A DNA stretch of 64,000 nt from an uncultured Alphaproteobacteria bacterium (GCA_949493535.1 CASZWJ010000001.1:140850-204849), one strand, 5' to 3'; shown: positions 28,251-38,514, numbered from the stretch's first letter. The notes: generated by a model not told the origin, from the sequence alone. Made by a program: numbers and translations.

Positions 28251-29612
28251 TTATCTTCCAGTGTCCCTTTGAGCTTTGAATGCGTCAATGCGGATTTTAC
28301 GTTCTGCATTTCTGTTTTGTTCAAAGGTTTTTTCATCAATGCCTTTTTCAGAAGCTTTCTTTTTTCTTATTTCAGCAACTTTAGCCTCATTGCGTTGTCT
28401 TCTTAAGGCGCTTTCGAGGTGGCGGGGTTGTTTCTTTAAGTCGTCTTCCTCAAGAGTTGTGCTTAATTTCACTCCTGATTCTAAAGCAGCAATGTTATAG
28501 TATGTTTGCATGTTTTTGTTGAACATGGTTACATCCATAACTTCATCCGGAGAATTGGTTTTATGGTCATTAATTTTTTCTCTGACGGCATTAAGCTCTT
28601 TTGCATCGTTTAATACAGCCTGAATTTGCGGGTCCGTGATGCCGTTGAGTTCTTCTGCTGTCGGAGCATTTTTTACCTTTATACCGGCCATTTGAGCGGC
28701 AGCAAAGTAAGTTGCTTTATCTTTTATGTCTGTATAGGCGCCCAAATCAAATTCTTCGCCCGGTTTGTCCATTTTGTGGTCAAGAGTGTCGCTCCATGCG
28801 TTAGCATAGCTGACAGGCTCTTTTTCTTCCGTTTTCGGGGCTTTGTCTGCTTCAGCCGTTTTTTCTTGATTTTCTGCGCCTTCGGATGCTTTTGTTTTAG
28901 CGTCGTTGACCATATCCTGAAGTTCTTTCGGCCATTGAGACATTTCTTCTTCAGTCGGGCCGTTTACGGGATTAGCGCCGTTTATGTAGCAAGCCGCCAG
29001 AAGTTTTGCTTTAAATTCAGGTGATTTTATATCGCCGAATTCAATGTCCGGACCGTTTTTCTTCATGGCAAGAGCAACGGTCTGTTCAAAATATTTGTTG
29101 TCAGGCGTATTGCCGTTGTAACCTTTTAAAGTGACATTATGCGGGCTTTTGTAGCTGATTTGGGCTGCATATTCGCCGTTATTTTTCTTATCTTTACTGT
29201 CATACAGGCGGATACAAACGTCATTTTCGGAGCCGGCTATATTTATATCTTCAAACTCTTTGTCGTTGTCTGTAGCCCATTGGCGCCATTCATTTTTGTA
29301 GTCTTCTTTCCAGTTGTCGTATACCGGTGTTTCGGCACCCTCAGATTCTTTGGATTCATGCGTATTTTCATTGCCGGGATTATCATGGTCGCTGATAGTC
29401 GTTCCCTGGTTTTCTTTATTATCAACATTGGCAGAACTGTCTTTTTTTTCAATTGAAAGATCTTCGATTTTGATCCTATCGACGATTTGGCTCAATTCTC
29501 CACCTTCTTTTATGGCGGCTTCAATGGCTTCTTTCAGTTTAGTGTCATCCCATTCTCTGCCATCAGGAAGTTTAAGTGCGCTTTTAACATCATCAAAAGA
29601 TATGTCAGCCAT
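28251..29612 (-). CDS. hypothetical acidic protein (453 aa)
   Basis: Long ORF, strongly acidic and K/E/D-rich (low complexity). No signal peptide. I recognise no domain. C-terminal basic coiled-coil-like tail. Confidence 0.5.
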   Translation of the reverse strand: MADISFDDVKSALKLPDGREWDDTKLKEAIEAAIKEGGELSQIVDRIKIEDLSIEKKDSSANVDNKENQGTTISDHDNPGNENTHESKESEGAETPVYDNWKEDYKNEWRQWATDNDKEFEDINIAGSENDVCIRLYDSKDKKNNGEYAAQISYKSPHNVTLKGYNGNTPDNKYFEQTVALAMKKNGPDIEFGDIKSPEFKAKLLAACYINGANPVNGPTEEEMSQWPKELQDMVNDAKTKASEGAENQEKTAEADKAPKTEEKEPVSYANAWSDTLDHKMDKPGEEFDLGAYTDIKDKATYFAAAQMAGIKVKNAPTAEELNGITDPQIQAVLNDAKELNAVREKINDHKTNSPDEVMDVTMFNKNMQTYYNIAALESGVKLSTTLEEDDLKKQPRHLESALRRQRNEAKVAEIRKKKASEKGIDEKTFEQNRNAERKIRIDAFKAQRDTGR

Positions 29613-29707
29613 GATTTTTCTCCGTCTTAAAACTTTTATTGTTTTTAATATATCATAAAAAAAATGTTTTGTCTAATTTTTTGTTTATTGTTACAAAAAT
29701 TTCATAT

Positions 29708-30421
29708 TTAAAACAATTCCTGAAATTCTTCCGGCGAATTTGCCGCTAAATAAGGATTGCATTCCTTTTCTAATCCCAAAGGAATTGGGGATACTGGCAA
29801 ATTTCGGGCAAGATTTTGCCGGGCTTTTTGTACATATTGCAGCAATTTTTCTGAATTTGGCAGCAAGTGCAGTGCCATGGGAATTGAATGTAGGGTGTAT
29901 TCGTGTCCGGGGTAGAAAACGATGTCATCGGGCAGCTGCTTTATTTTTTGCAGAGCGCTATACATTTCTTCAATGCTGCCTTCAAACAGCCCGCCGATGC
30001 AAAGATTAAATAATGTATCGCCGGTGAAAACGATTTTGTCTTTAGGGAAATACCACAAAATATGCCCTTGAGTATGTGCCGAAACATCAATAATTTCAGC
30101 GGTACTGTCTCCTAATGTAAATGTTTCTCCCGGATGTATGCCAATGTCAAAACCCGGAATACGCGCCGCATCATTTATGTTGGCCACGACTTTTGAACCG
30201 TAAAGGCTTTTTATTTCCAGATTGGCATCCGTATGGTCGAAGTGGTGGTGCGTATTGAATATATAATCCGGTTTTATCCCGAGTTCATCGCATTTTTTTA
30301 TAATGGGTGCCGCTTCCGAAGGGTCGACAACAGCTGATTTGCCGCTCTTTTCATTTACCAGCAAATAAGAATAATTGTCCATTTTTCCGGCGCGGCAAAG
30401 AATAGTATATACTTTTAACAT
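29708..30421 (-). CDS. gloB: hydroxyacylglutathione hydrolase (glyoxalase II), MBL fold
   Basis: Metallo-beta-lactamase motif NTHHHFDHTDAN. 237 aa. Confidence 0.8.
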   Translation of the reverse strand: MLKVYTILCRAGKMDNYSYLLVNEKSGKSAVVDPSEAAPIIKKCDELGIKPDYIFNTHHHFDHTDANLEIKSLYGSKVVANINDAARIPGFDIGIHPGETFTLGDSTAEIIDVSAHTQGHILWYFPKDKIVFTGDTLFNLCIGGLFEGSIEEMYSALQKIKQLPDDIVFYPGHEYTLHSIPMALHLLPNSEKLLQYVQKARQNLARNLPVSPIPLGLEKECNPYLAANSPEEFQELF

Positions 30422-32103
30422 TAGAGATAATCCTCGGGAATAATGTCATCTATTTGAGACGGGTCAATATATTGGCCGGCATAATCTTTATAAATGCCGG
30501 AGCGGATGAAAACTTCATATAAATCAGGGTCTATATGGCCGTTATTTTTCATTTCCCGCATAATTGTCAGAACCTGTGAAAGTTTTTTGGGTTCTTTGTA
30601 GGGGCGGTCATTGGCTGTCAGGGCTTCGAAGATGTCTGCTATTGCCATGATTTTGGCCGGTACAGACATTTGATCTCCGGTCAGGCCGTTCGGATAGCCT
30701 TTGCCGTCAACGCGTTCATGGTGGGCACCGGCATATTCGACAACATTTGCCAATTCTTTGGGAAAGGGCAGGGCTTTGAGCATATCTATCGTTACAACAA
30801 TATGTTCATTAATTTTTTCGCGTTCTTCTTTGTTGATTGTGCCGTTTCTGACTTTAAGATTGTAAAGTTCGCCGCGGTTATACTGTTCTGATAAATGGTC
30901 TTCACGGTTTTGCAGCAAGTTTTCATATCCGGGGTTATCTGCGGCATTTTTATCGCTGATATGGTCACGCTCGGCCCATGAAATGCCTTTGAGACGGCTG
31001 AAATAGCGAATAAAGCGTTTTTGGCTGATTCTTTCCATGGCTTTTATATCGTCATCGCTCAAGGGCGTGTCGCCGGTGTTGCAACGGGCTATGAGTGCAA
31101 ACTCGTCTTCAAGTTCTTTGACCTTTGCAACAAATTCTGCCTGAAGCGTTTCTACGGAAGCAGTATTGGCAAGGCGTTTTTTGAGATAGTCGATATGAGC
31201 ATCCCGTCTCAGAATTTCAAACCGGCAGCGAATCTCATGAATGCGGTTGTAAATGGTTTCCAATTTGGTTGCTTTATCAACAATATATTCCGGAGTGGTA
31301 ACTTTTCCGCAGTCATGAAGCCATGAAGCGATGTTTAAGGCATACCAGTCGTCGTTGCTCATTTCAAAGTCTTTTAACGGGCCGTTTTCTTCTTGAACGG
31401 CAGCTGTGGCCAGCATGCGCGCAATTACAGGAACTCTCTGGCAGTGAGCGCCGGTGTAAGGCGATTTTGCGTCAATGGCGCGAGCCAAAACTTCAATAAA
31501 GGATTCCAGAAGTTGTCCGTAATCTTCGCTGAGTTTGCGATTTTCCAAAATCAAGACTGCCAGCCCGCAGATTTCTTGGATATATTCAATCATATCTTTG
31601 GTAAAAGAGATGTTTTTGCCTTTGGCGTCTTTAGGATTTATCAGTTGGACAACGCCGATGACATACCCTTTTGAATTTGTCAGCGGAAAGCTTAAAAGCG
31701 CGATGGAATTGTAGTTGTTTAGGGAGTCATAGTTGGCAAAAAAACTGTTGTCTAATTCGGGAACATTGTATATTGCCGGCAGATTGATAACTTCGTTATT
31801 AAGGGCTGAAATTTCTGCCGCCGATTTTGTTTCTTTGCTTCTGCTCTCCGGCAAATAAAGCCCTTGGCTGTAAATGTTATTGTCTGACCCTATCCGGTCA
31901 AAATTCAGCTTGTTGTTGAAACTGTATTCCAAATTCAGGAATTTATCATCATTGCAATTATAAAAAAAACCGGCTTCAGCAGCACAAGTTGAAGCGGCCA
32001 GCTTAATAATCCTCCCTATTACAGCCGTATAATTCTTAGTCCGGACAGATGACAAGATGATGTCCAGAAGTTCGTTTAATACTGAAGAATCTTCATTTTG
32101 CAA
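30421..32103 (-). CDS. GAF-domain HD-GYP cyclic-di-GMP phosphodiesterase
   Basis: C-terminal HD (WLHDCGK) and HHERVDGKGYP motifs. N-terminal GAF-like region. Its stop overlaps the gloB start, implying an operon. Confidence 0.75.
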   Translation of the reverse strand: MQNEDSSVLNELLDIILSSVRTKNYTAVIGRIIKLAASTCAAEAGFFYNCNDDKFLNLEYSFNNKLNFDRIGSDNNIYSQGLYLPESRSKETKSAAEISALNNEVINLPAIYNVPELDNSFFANYDSLNNYNSIALLSFPLTNSKGYVIGVVQLINPKDAKGKNISFTKDMIEYIQEICGLAVLILENRKLSEDYGQLLESFIEVLARAIDAKSPYTGAHCQRVPVIARMLATAAVQEENGPLKDFEMSNDDWYALNIASWLHDCGKVTTPEYIVDKATKLETIYNRIHEIRCRFEILRRDAHIDYLKKRLANTASVETLQAEFVAKVKELEDEFALIARCNTGDTPLSDDDIKAMERISQKRFIRYFSRLKGISWAERDHISDKNAADNPGYENLLQNREDHLSEQYNRGELYNLKVRNGTINKEEREKINEHIVVTIDMLKALPFPKELANVVEYAGAHHERVDGKGYPNGLTGDQMSVPAKIMAIADIFEALTANDRPYKEPKKLSQVLTIMREMKNNGHIDPDLYEVFIRSGIYKDYAGQYIDPSQIDDIIPEDYL

Positions 32104-32200
32104 AGCTGTTTCCGCCTGTTTACAAATTTTTCGTTATTTTAAAAGATATAATCAATTTATTAATATTTATCTAATGCGGAGCTGAAAGAAACAGGCGGTT

Positions 32201-33304
32201 TTAAGATATTTTTGAAATCAGGTAATTGACGTCTTCTTCGTTTAAATCTTCACCTGCGGAACCATAGGATAAGATACGTTCAATAACTTTGTGGGCAAAG
32301 GCTTTGCTGTCATTTTTCTTATAGTCAAAACGGATGTCTTTTATAACTTTTAAGGCGCTGAATACGGCCGGAAACATGGCTTTGGGGATATATGCTTTGC
32401 GCAGCAGATTGCGAATCATAAAGTCCATGCTGGTATTAAACAGAATTTTGCGGACTTCTGTTATCGGCGTGTTTGAAAGGTAGACTAAAGCATATTCAAA
32501 GAACTTTAAATCTCCCATGCAGATTGAGCGGACAACCAATGTCGGTGTCAGACGGTTTGAAGCATAAAGTTGGTGAATCAACTCTTCAATCTGTTTGTCG
32601 GAACTGTATTCTTCAGAAATTTTTAAGGTGGCTTTTTCTTTAACCTGTTCAACAATGTCGCTGGCAATGTTATTCGGCAGGTTGTGGTTAAAAACTAAGC
32701 GGCGTAAAAGTTCTTCAGAGAGCGAATGAACAATTTTTTCAATGATTGAAACCGGAAGTTCGGAACGATAGACCATGTTCTTTTTGATGTTTTCGCTTTC
32801 AGGAAAACGGTCAACAATCAGGTTATATGTATTTTCTTTGATTTCGGCGCTTTCATTGGAGATTAAAACGCCGATAACTTCTTCCGGACATTTTTCCGCA
32901 ATATATTGCGTGATGTCGTCAGACAAGTTTTTTCGCATGGCGACAGCTTTTTGCTTGTTGATGTTTTGGGCATCAATAATGCTGATGATGTCTTCCTGTG
33001 TCAGGTCTGAATAGTATTTAATGAAAGGCAGAGAAACGCTTTCGGTATCGTTGATTAAGGCTTTTACTATATCGCTTGGAATATTGCGGCTGTTTTTAAG
33101 GCTGTCGGATAAGGCTTCTCGGACTTTTGTTTCAACATCATTAACCAGAATACGGAAAATTTCTTCGGCAAGCAGGTGTCCGCGGACAGTAATGTTTTTA
33201 TCATTGTAATAAGCGCCGACTTTCTGTGCGGCAATAGCTTTATTGTCTGCATTAAGATTTTGGGATAACTTGCTAATGTCTTCTTTAGTTAATATACTGT
33301 TCAT
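32201..33304 (-). CDS. hypothetical helical-repeat protein (DUF2336-like?)
   Basis: 367 aa predicted all-alpha protein. The family assignment is from memory only. Confidence 0.4.
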   Translation of the reverse strand: MNSILTKEDISKLSQNLNADNKAIAAQKVGAYYNDKNITVRGHLLAEEIFRILVNDVETKVREALSDSLKNSRNIPSDIVKALINDTESVSLPFIKYYSDLTQEDIISIIDAQNINKQKAVAMRKNLSDDITQYIAEKCPEEVIGVLISNESAEIKENTYNLIVDRFPESENIKKNMVYRSELPVSIIEKIVHSLSEELLRRLVFNHNLPNNIASDIVEQVKEKATLKISEEYSSDKQIEELIHQLYASNRLTPTLVVRSICMGDLKFFEYALVYLSNTPITEVRKILFNTSMDFMIRNLLRKAYIPKAMFPAVFSALKVIKDIRFDYKKNDSKAFAHKVIERILSYGSAGEDLNEEDVNYLISKIS

Positions 33305-33382
33305 GCGTTTTATCCGGTTCTGAATTATAGAATATATTATATTGCCTTTTTGTCAATTGGTACAATTAAGTTTTTGTTACAA

Positions 33383-34315
33383 TCAGCCGGTCGGGCGTTT
33401 GTATCTTAGTTTTGAAGCATCGACATTGATAAGCTCATAAAAAGTAATCGTATAGTCCAACAATCCGATGTAATTGGGTTCCGGCGATAAGAGTACGAAT
33501 GACGAAGCCATTGAGCGCCCGTCGATAATTTTGTGACGTTGCCGCTGAGCTTCCCTTAATGAGCGGGCGTCTTCAAAGTTGACGCTTGAATTGATTTTCA
33601 GGGCAAAAGATTTCATTGCGTCATATAAAGTCGGAAAAACTTTTATACGATATGTTTTATCTTCGGTTTCGTCTTCCGGCAGCAGCCCGTCTTCTGAATG
33701 CCAAACGACTTCTTTGTAAAGAGAGTTGCCTTCCTTTGCCAAACGGGATTTGCCCCAATCAGTTTCAATTCCGGCAACGGCAATCATAACGGAAGGCGGA
33801 ATGATGTCTATTTTGTTAATCAGCTTGCTCAGCAGGAGCTTATAGCGGCGATAACCTTTAAAACGAGTAAAAACGTTATATTTTTCGGCTGTTGTTTCCA
33901 GCCAGGCTTCTTGTTCTTTGCTGAGTTCGTGAGTGGCTTCGAAATGTTCTGTCAGCTCTTCCAGCTGTTTGCGTTCTGCCAGAATATTCTCATTTACTTT
34001 AATGGCCAAAGGAGATAAAATTTGGATAAAGAGTTGGTTCCTTAAGTTCTCATCTTCAATTTCGGCGAAATCCGAGGGCAGGCGTTTTAGGAAAATGGCG
34101 GGTACCTGCCATGTATCGCGGGGAATAAATTGGCTGTAGTCATTTTCTTCATATAGTTTTTGCAGCTCGGGAACGGTTATTTTATCAATGTATATTTCCG
34201 GCGCTGTATTGTCAGCCGCTTCTGCCGCCATTACGGATGCGGCGTTAAATAACGCTGCGGCGAATATTATAAAGCAAGCTGTAAATTTAATTTTTGTTTT
34301 CTTTGATTTTTTCAA
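33383..34315 (-). CDS. secreted glucosaminidase-domain protein (Bax/FlgJ-like)
   Basis: Signal peptide MKKSKKTKIKFTACFIIFAAALFNAASVMA. AVAGIETDWGKS resembles the AQAALESGWG motif of mannosyl-glycoprotein endo-beta-N-acetylglucosaminidases. Confidence 0.5.
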   Translation of the reverse strand: MKKSKKTKIKFTACFIIFAAALFNAASVMAAEAADNTAPEIYIDKITVPELQKLYEENDYSQFIPRDTWQVPAIFLKRLPSDFAEIEDENLRNQLFIQILSPLAIKVNENILAERKQLEELTEHFEATHELSKEQEAWLETTAEKYNVFTRFKGYRRYKLLLSKLINKIDIIPPSVMIAVAGIETDWGKSRLAKEGNSLYKEVVWHSEDGLLPEDETEDKTYRIKVFPTLYDAMKSFALKINSSVNFEDARSLREAQRQRHKIIDGRSMASSFVLLSPEPNYIGLLDYTITFYELINVDASKLRYKRPTG

Positions 34316-34850
34316 AATTTCTGACCTCTTTTACCTGAGGGATGTACGTTTTAAGAACTTTCTCAACGCCTTCTTTGAGTGTTACCAAAGCGTAGGGGCA
34401 GCCGGCGCAGTTGCCTTTCATTTCGACATAAACAATGCCGTTATCAAAACTTTTGAAAACAATATCGCCGCCGTCTTGTTTGACGGCAGGACGGATACGG
34501 GCATTCAGCAAACCGATAATTTGTCCGATTATTTCCTCATCTTCCGGCGAAGAAGGGGCTTTTTCTTCAATCAGCGTTTGTTCTCCTAAAGAAATATGAT
34601 CCATGATTTCTGCCAAAATCTGCGGTTTCAAATCTTCCCAGAGCGCAGAATCTTCTTTGGTGACGGAAATAAGTTCTTCCGTTATGAACAAGGATTTAAT
34701 CCCGCCGAGATCAAAGAGTTTTTCTGCCAGCGGCGATTTGCGCAGGGATTTGGCATCGACAAATTCGGCTCGGCCGGATTGCAGAAGTTTTACCGGCGGA
34801 AAAAAATTGAGAACATTATCGTCAGCGGTTATTTGCGTTTCAATCAGCAT
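34287..34850 (-). CDS. NifU/Nfu-like Fe-S cluster scaffold protein
   Basis: N-terminal Nfu_N-like region and C-terminal NifU CxxC motif (GNCAGCPYA). Confidence 0.7.
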   Translation of the reverse strand: MLIETQITADDNVLNFFPPVKLLQSGRAEFVDAKSLRKSPLAEKLFDLGGIKSLFITEELISVTKEDSALWEDLKPQILAEIMDHISLGEQTLIEEKAPSSPEDEEIIGQIIGLLNARIRPAVKQDGGDIVFKSFDNGIVYVEMKGNCAGCPYALVTLKEGVEKVLKTYIPQVKEVRNFEKIKENKN

Positions 34851-34859
34851 TGTTATTCC

Positions 34860-35900
34860 TTATTTTGTTTCACTGCCGGACAAGGCAGTAATGATGTCTT
34901 GGTTTGCATCTTTTGATCTTATCATAAAATAAGCCAGATATTGCAAGTGGTTCGGTGCGGCCATACTGTTTAATTGCGCATTGCGGATATACAATGAATC
35001 CAGTTTTGAGGCGTCTTCCAGAGCTTTCAGGCTGCGGGTCCATAAGAGATAGGCGTCTTTATCGACAAGAATATCTTTATAATCGTTTCCCAGAGCTTTT
35101 AAAAGCAGATAATAAGCATAGGCTTTCCCTTGATTGTAATAAAAAACATTATCGGCTTTAAAATCAGTCCAGCTGCCGCTTTCTTCACGGATTTGGGAAT
35201 CCAGTTTTTCGACGGATGTATTCAAATCTTTGTTAATTCTGGTCAGGATGTATGCTAAATCTGCCGGATTGCGATAAAACGGAATGGAACCGGCATTGAG
35301 CTGTTGGTTGAATTTTATCAATTGTTTGCGCGCTTTGCGGTATTGGCTGTGGGCAGAGGGAACCGGCGTGAAACTGTTTGTCGGCGAAAACATCCAAATA
35401 TGCCCGTCATATTTTAAAAGTTTTCCCGCCGTTTTTAAATGCGGTTCATCTGCGTCGCTGACAATAGGTGTGTCCAGCCGCCGTGCCATTGCAGAGACGA
35501 CATTTGATGTCGCCTTGATAATTCCCAATTGAAATTCGGGCATGTTATCCAAGAAAAAAGTCGGGAAAAAGAATGGCAAATTCGGCGTCCACATTTTTTC
35601 GTTAACTTCGCGATTGATAATAAACGAAGCCATTTCAACAGCAGAAGACTGTTGCGGATTTTTGATGTTTATTTCGTAATCCGTGGTCTTGTCAATATTT
35701 TGGAGCCAGAGTCCGCCAAGAGGATAGTATAAGCAAATAAAAGCGATTAAGGAAACAAGCAGCACCCGCCACCAAGAGCCGATAAAAACCATTGTTTTCG
35801 ATAAAAGCTGCCGCATTTGCAAAGCCTTTACCCCTTTCAGGCGGGATTTAAGGTAAGACGCTTTTTCCGACAAGAATTTTTTTAAGCTAAATTCAGACAT
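34860..35900 (-). CDS. membrane-anchored hypothetical protein (DUF2333-like?)
   Basis: 346 aa, one N-terminal TM helix (WWRVLLVSLIAFICLYYPLGGLW). The 3' end overlaps the murJ start by 8 nt. Confidence 0.4.
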   Translation of the reverse strand: MSEFSLKKFLSEKASYLKSRLKGVKALQMRQLLSKTMVFIGSWWRVLLVSLIAFICLYYPLGGLWLQNIDKTTDYEINIKNPQQSSAVEMASFIINREVNEKMWTPNLPFFFPTFFLDNMPEFQLGIIKATSNVVSAMARRLDTPIVSDADEPHLKTAGKLLKYDGHIWMFSPTNSFTPVPSAHSQYRKARKQLIKFNQQLNAGSIPFYRNPADLAYILTRINKDLNTSVEKLDSQIREESGSWTDFKADNVFYYNQGKAYAYYLLLKALGNDYKDILVDKDAYLLWTRSLKALEDASKLDSLYIRNAQLNSMAAPNHLQYLAYFMIRSKDANQDIITALSGSETK

Positions 35901-37476
35901 TCTTTTTGCCCTTTTTTAAGACCATGCAGGCAATATCCATTATATCCATTGCTCCTGTCAGTTTAGCGGCAACAGCGAAAGTTGCAACACCGAAACAACA
36001 CAAACCCACAAAAATCGGGAGCTGTATAATGTATCCTCGGTCAAGCCAGTTTCCGTAACAGGATTGCAGAAAAATTTCCGCTCCGTAAATAGACATCCCC
36101 ATTATAGCCGAACTGATGATGATTTTGATGATTTTATGAATCAGCTGCGGAGTGAAAGCCCAAAATCCCCGTTTTTTCAGCCCTCTGATGTATTGTCCGA
36201 GAGAAACAAACGCGGCAATAGTTGTGGCAGAGGCAATACCTACATGTCCCAAAGGCCTCATTAGCAGCAGGGCAAAACAGAGGTTAGTCAAAAGGACGAC
36301 GATGCTGTATTTGACCGGCGTTTTGGTGTCGCCGCGGGCAAAAAAGTTAGGCGTAAGGGCTTTGACCAAAACATATGCCGGCAACCCGACGGCATAAGCA
36401 ATGACTGCTTGGGTGGTCATTGCTGTTTCAAATGCGCCGAATTTTCCGTGTTGGAATAAAATCCGGACAATCGGTTCTCCCAAAACGATTAGAGCTACTG
36501 CGGCGGGAATGGACAGAAGGGCGCCATATTCGCAGGCTTTGTTTTGAACATGGCAGGCTTGTTCACTTTCTTCCGCTTTGATGTGTTTGGAAAGAACAGG
36601 CAGAATGGCGACGCTGATTGCCGCGCCGACAACGCCCAGAGGAAGCTGTTGCAAACGGTTTGCATAATAAAGCCATGAAATGGCGCCGGTTCCGACAAGC
36701 GAAACGAGAATCGTGTCGACAACCATGTTAATCTGATAAACGCCGGCTCCGAGCACTCCCGGCCCGATACGTTTGAACAGGGTTTTGATTTCAGAATCTT
36801 TGAGCAGCCGAATAATATTGAATTGCGGGTGAATATAAACTTTTTGCCGGCGGAGAAAATATGCCAGCCAAAAAATTTCTAACAGTCCGGCAAAAGTTAT
36901 GCCTGCAGAAATGCCGTGAGCCGGCGTTATGCTGAAAGGAACAAAAACAAATACGGAAGCAATCATCATCAGGTTAAGGATAACCGGTGCGGCAGCCGGT
37001 GCGGCGAATTTTCCTAATGAATTTAATATGCCGGACTGGAAAGAAACTATGGAAATGAATAATAAAAACGGAAAAGTTATGCGTGACAGCGATGTGGCCA
37101 AAGCAATTTTATCGGGGTTGCTGATGAAACCCGGCGCCATAATACGAACAATCCAAGGCATAAATAATTCCATGCCGACAACAAAAATCAATAAGATGAC
37201 AGCCAGAACCGATATTGCCTGAGATGCAAACCGAATGGCTTTGTCTTCACCGTCGCTGACCATCTTTTGCGAAACCATCGGAACAAAAGCCGAGGTAAAG
37301 GCCCCTTCGGCAAAAAGGCTGCGAAACAGGTTGGGAAGCTTGAATGCGACAAAGAACGCGTCGGCAACCATTCCCGCGCCTAAAAAGTTTGCCAAAACCA
37401 TATCGCGGACAAAGCCGGTTATGCGGCTGATTAGCGTAAAGCCTCCGAAAGCGGCTATCGACTTAAATAAAGACAT
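35893..37476 (-). CDS. murJ: lipid II flippase MurJ
   Basis: N-terminus MSLFKSIAAFGGFTLISRITGFVRDMVLANFLGAGMVADAFFVAFKLPNLFR is the MurJ/MviN signature. 527 aa polytopic. Confidence 0.9.
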   Translation of the reverse strand: MSLFKSIAAFGGFTLISRITGFVRDMVLANFLGAGMVADAFFVAFKLPNLFRSLFAEGAFTSAFVPMVSQKMVSDGEDKAIRFASQAISVLAVILLIFVVGMELFMPWIVRIMAPGFISNPDKIALATSLSRITFPFLLFISIVSFQSGILNSLGKFAAPAAAPVILNLMMIASVFVFVPFSITPAHGISAGITFAGLLEIFWLAYFLRRQKVYIHPQFNIIRLLKDSEIKTLFKRIGPGVLGAGVYQINMVVDTILVSLVGTGAISWLYYANRLQQLPLGVVGAAISVAILPVLSKHIKAEESEQACHVQNKACEYGALLSIPAAVALIVLGEPIVRILFQHGKFGAFETAMTTQAVIAYAVGLPAYVLVKALTPNFFARGDTKTPVKYSIVVLLTNLCFALLLMRPLGHVGIASATTIAAFVSLGQYIRGLKKRGFWAFTPQLIHKIIKIIISSAIMGMSIYGAEIFLQSCYGNWLDRGYIIQLPIFVGLCCFGVATFAVAAKLTGAMDIMDIACMVLKKGKKNV

Positions 37477-37609
37477 TTTGTTGTTAAACCTCGGCTTTTA
37501 TTTATTGAATTTTAAGCATTCTAGTGTATTAATAAGGCAAAAGCGAGAAAAATTCTTGAATTATGAAACGTCAGGCATAACTTTTATTGCGGAATTATAA
37601 AATTAAGAG

Positions 37610-37638
37610 TTGACAAAGAAAGCTAAACTTGCGATAAT
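37610..37638 (+). promoter_or_regulatory. consensus sigma70 promoter
   Basis: TTGACA (37610-15), 17-nt spacer, GATAAT (37633-38). RBS AAGGAG at 37666-71, ATG at 37679. Confidence 0.6.
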
Positions 37639-37678
37639 AGACAAAAAGATGCGATAAAAGATTTAAAGGAGAAGTTTT

Positions 37679-37930
37679 ATGAGCAAATTGAATGATATTA
37701 AGGACAAACTGTCCAAAAAAGGAACAAAGCTGCGCGACTTTATGGGGAATAAGACCAAAGCCGTGGCTTTTCAAGGCAATAAACTTATTAGCAATTTGAA
37801 AAAGGCAACAGAGAATTTTAGCGCAAATCTGAAAATCGAAGAGAAAAGTTATACTCCTGAAGAAAGAGAAGCTTATAACGAAGAAATGATCAGACAAATT
37901 GAGATTGAAAACAGTTATTCTCGTTATTAG
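37679..37930 (+). CDS. hypothetical lysine-rich small protein (83 aa)
   Basis: Its own strong promoter, RBS and downstream terminator. Sequence MSKLNDIKDKLSKKGTKLRDF...; I recognise no family. Confidence 0.5.
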   Translation: MSKLNDIKDKLSKKGTKLRDFMGNKTKAVAFQGNKLISNLKKATENFSANLKIEEKSYTPEEREAYNEEMIRQIEIENSYSRY

Positions 37931-37971
37931 TTTTTTAAGCTGAACTTCTCTTTAGGTTAAAGAAAATTTTG

Positions 37972-38000
37972 AAAGGCTCCTGATTTCAGAGCCTTTTTTT
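37972..38000 (+). terminator. rho-independent terminator
   Basis: AGGCTC-ctgatttca-GAGCCT followed by T7. Confidence 0.65.
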
Positions 38001-38149
38001 ATGGGCTATCTTGCAAAAAACGTGTGTTTGTTTTGGGGAGAAAGTTGGCGGAACCATAACGTTTTTTCGCAGGGAAGAGGTCAAACTGCGAAAATGGTTT
38101 AATTTAGAATCTCCGGTTCGCGGAGGGATATTTATTGTCCGAATTGTAA

Positions 38150-38482
38150 TTGCCTGCCCGAAGTTTTAATGCTATATTAGAAAAAAATATTGAGGGAGCA
38201 GAAATGGAGAAGTTATTTAAATTGTTGGCAAAAGCGAGCGCTTTTGTTTTGCTTCTGGTTTTAATTCCGTTTATTTTGGCCTATGTTGTTGGTTCTTTTC
38301 TGACTTCTGCCGATTATTGGCTTTTGACAAAAATTTGCAGAGTTGTGGTTTTGGCCCTGATTATTGTTGTGCCGATGCTGGTGCGGCGCTGGCGGGAGAA
38401 TCAACGCTTTTTTGTTAAATGGGTTGGTTTGTTATTGCTTTATGTGGTGGTGACAACCTTTTTATGGGCAAAAGGATTTTAG
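38150..38482 (+). CDS. hypothetical small membrane protein (3 TM)
   Basis: Hydrophobic ORF. A more likely start is MEKLFKLL at 38204. Confidence 0.3.
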   Translation: MPARSFNAILEKNIEGAEMEKLFKLLAKASAFVLLLVLIPFILAYVVGSFLTSADYWLLTKICRVVVLALIIVVPMLVRRWRENQRFFVKWVGLLLLYVVVTTFLWAKGF

Positions 38483-38514
38483 ATGTTTTTTTTTGATTTT
38501 AAGTCCTTGCTTTT

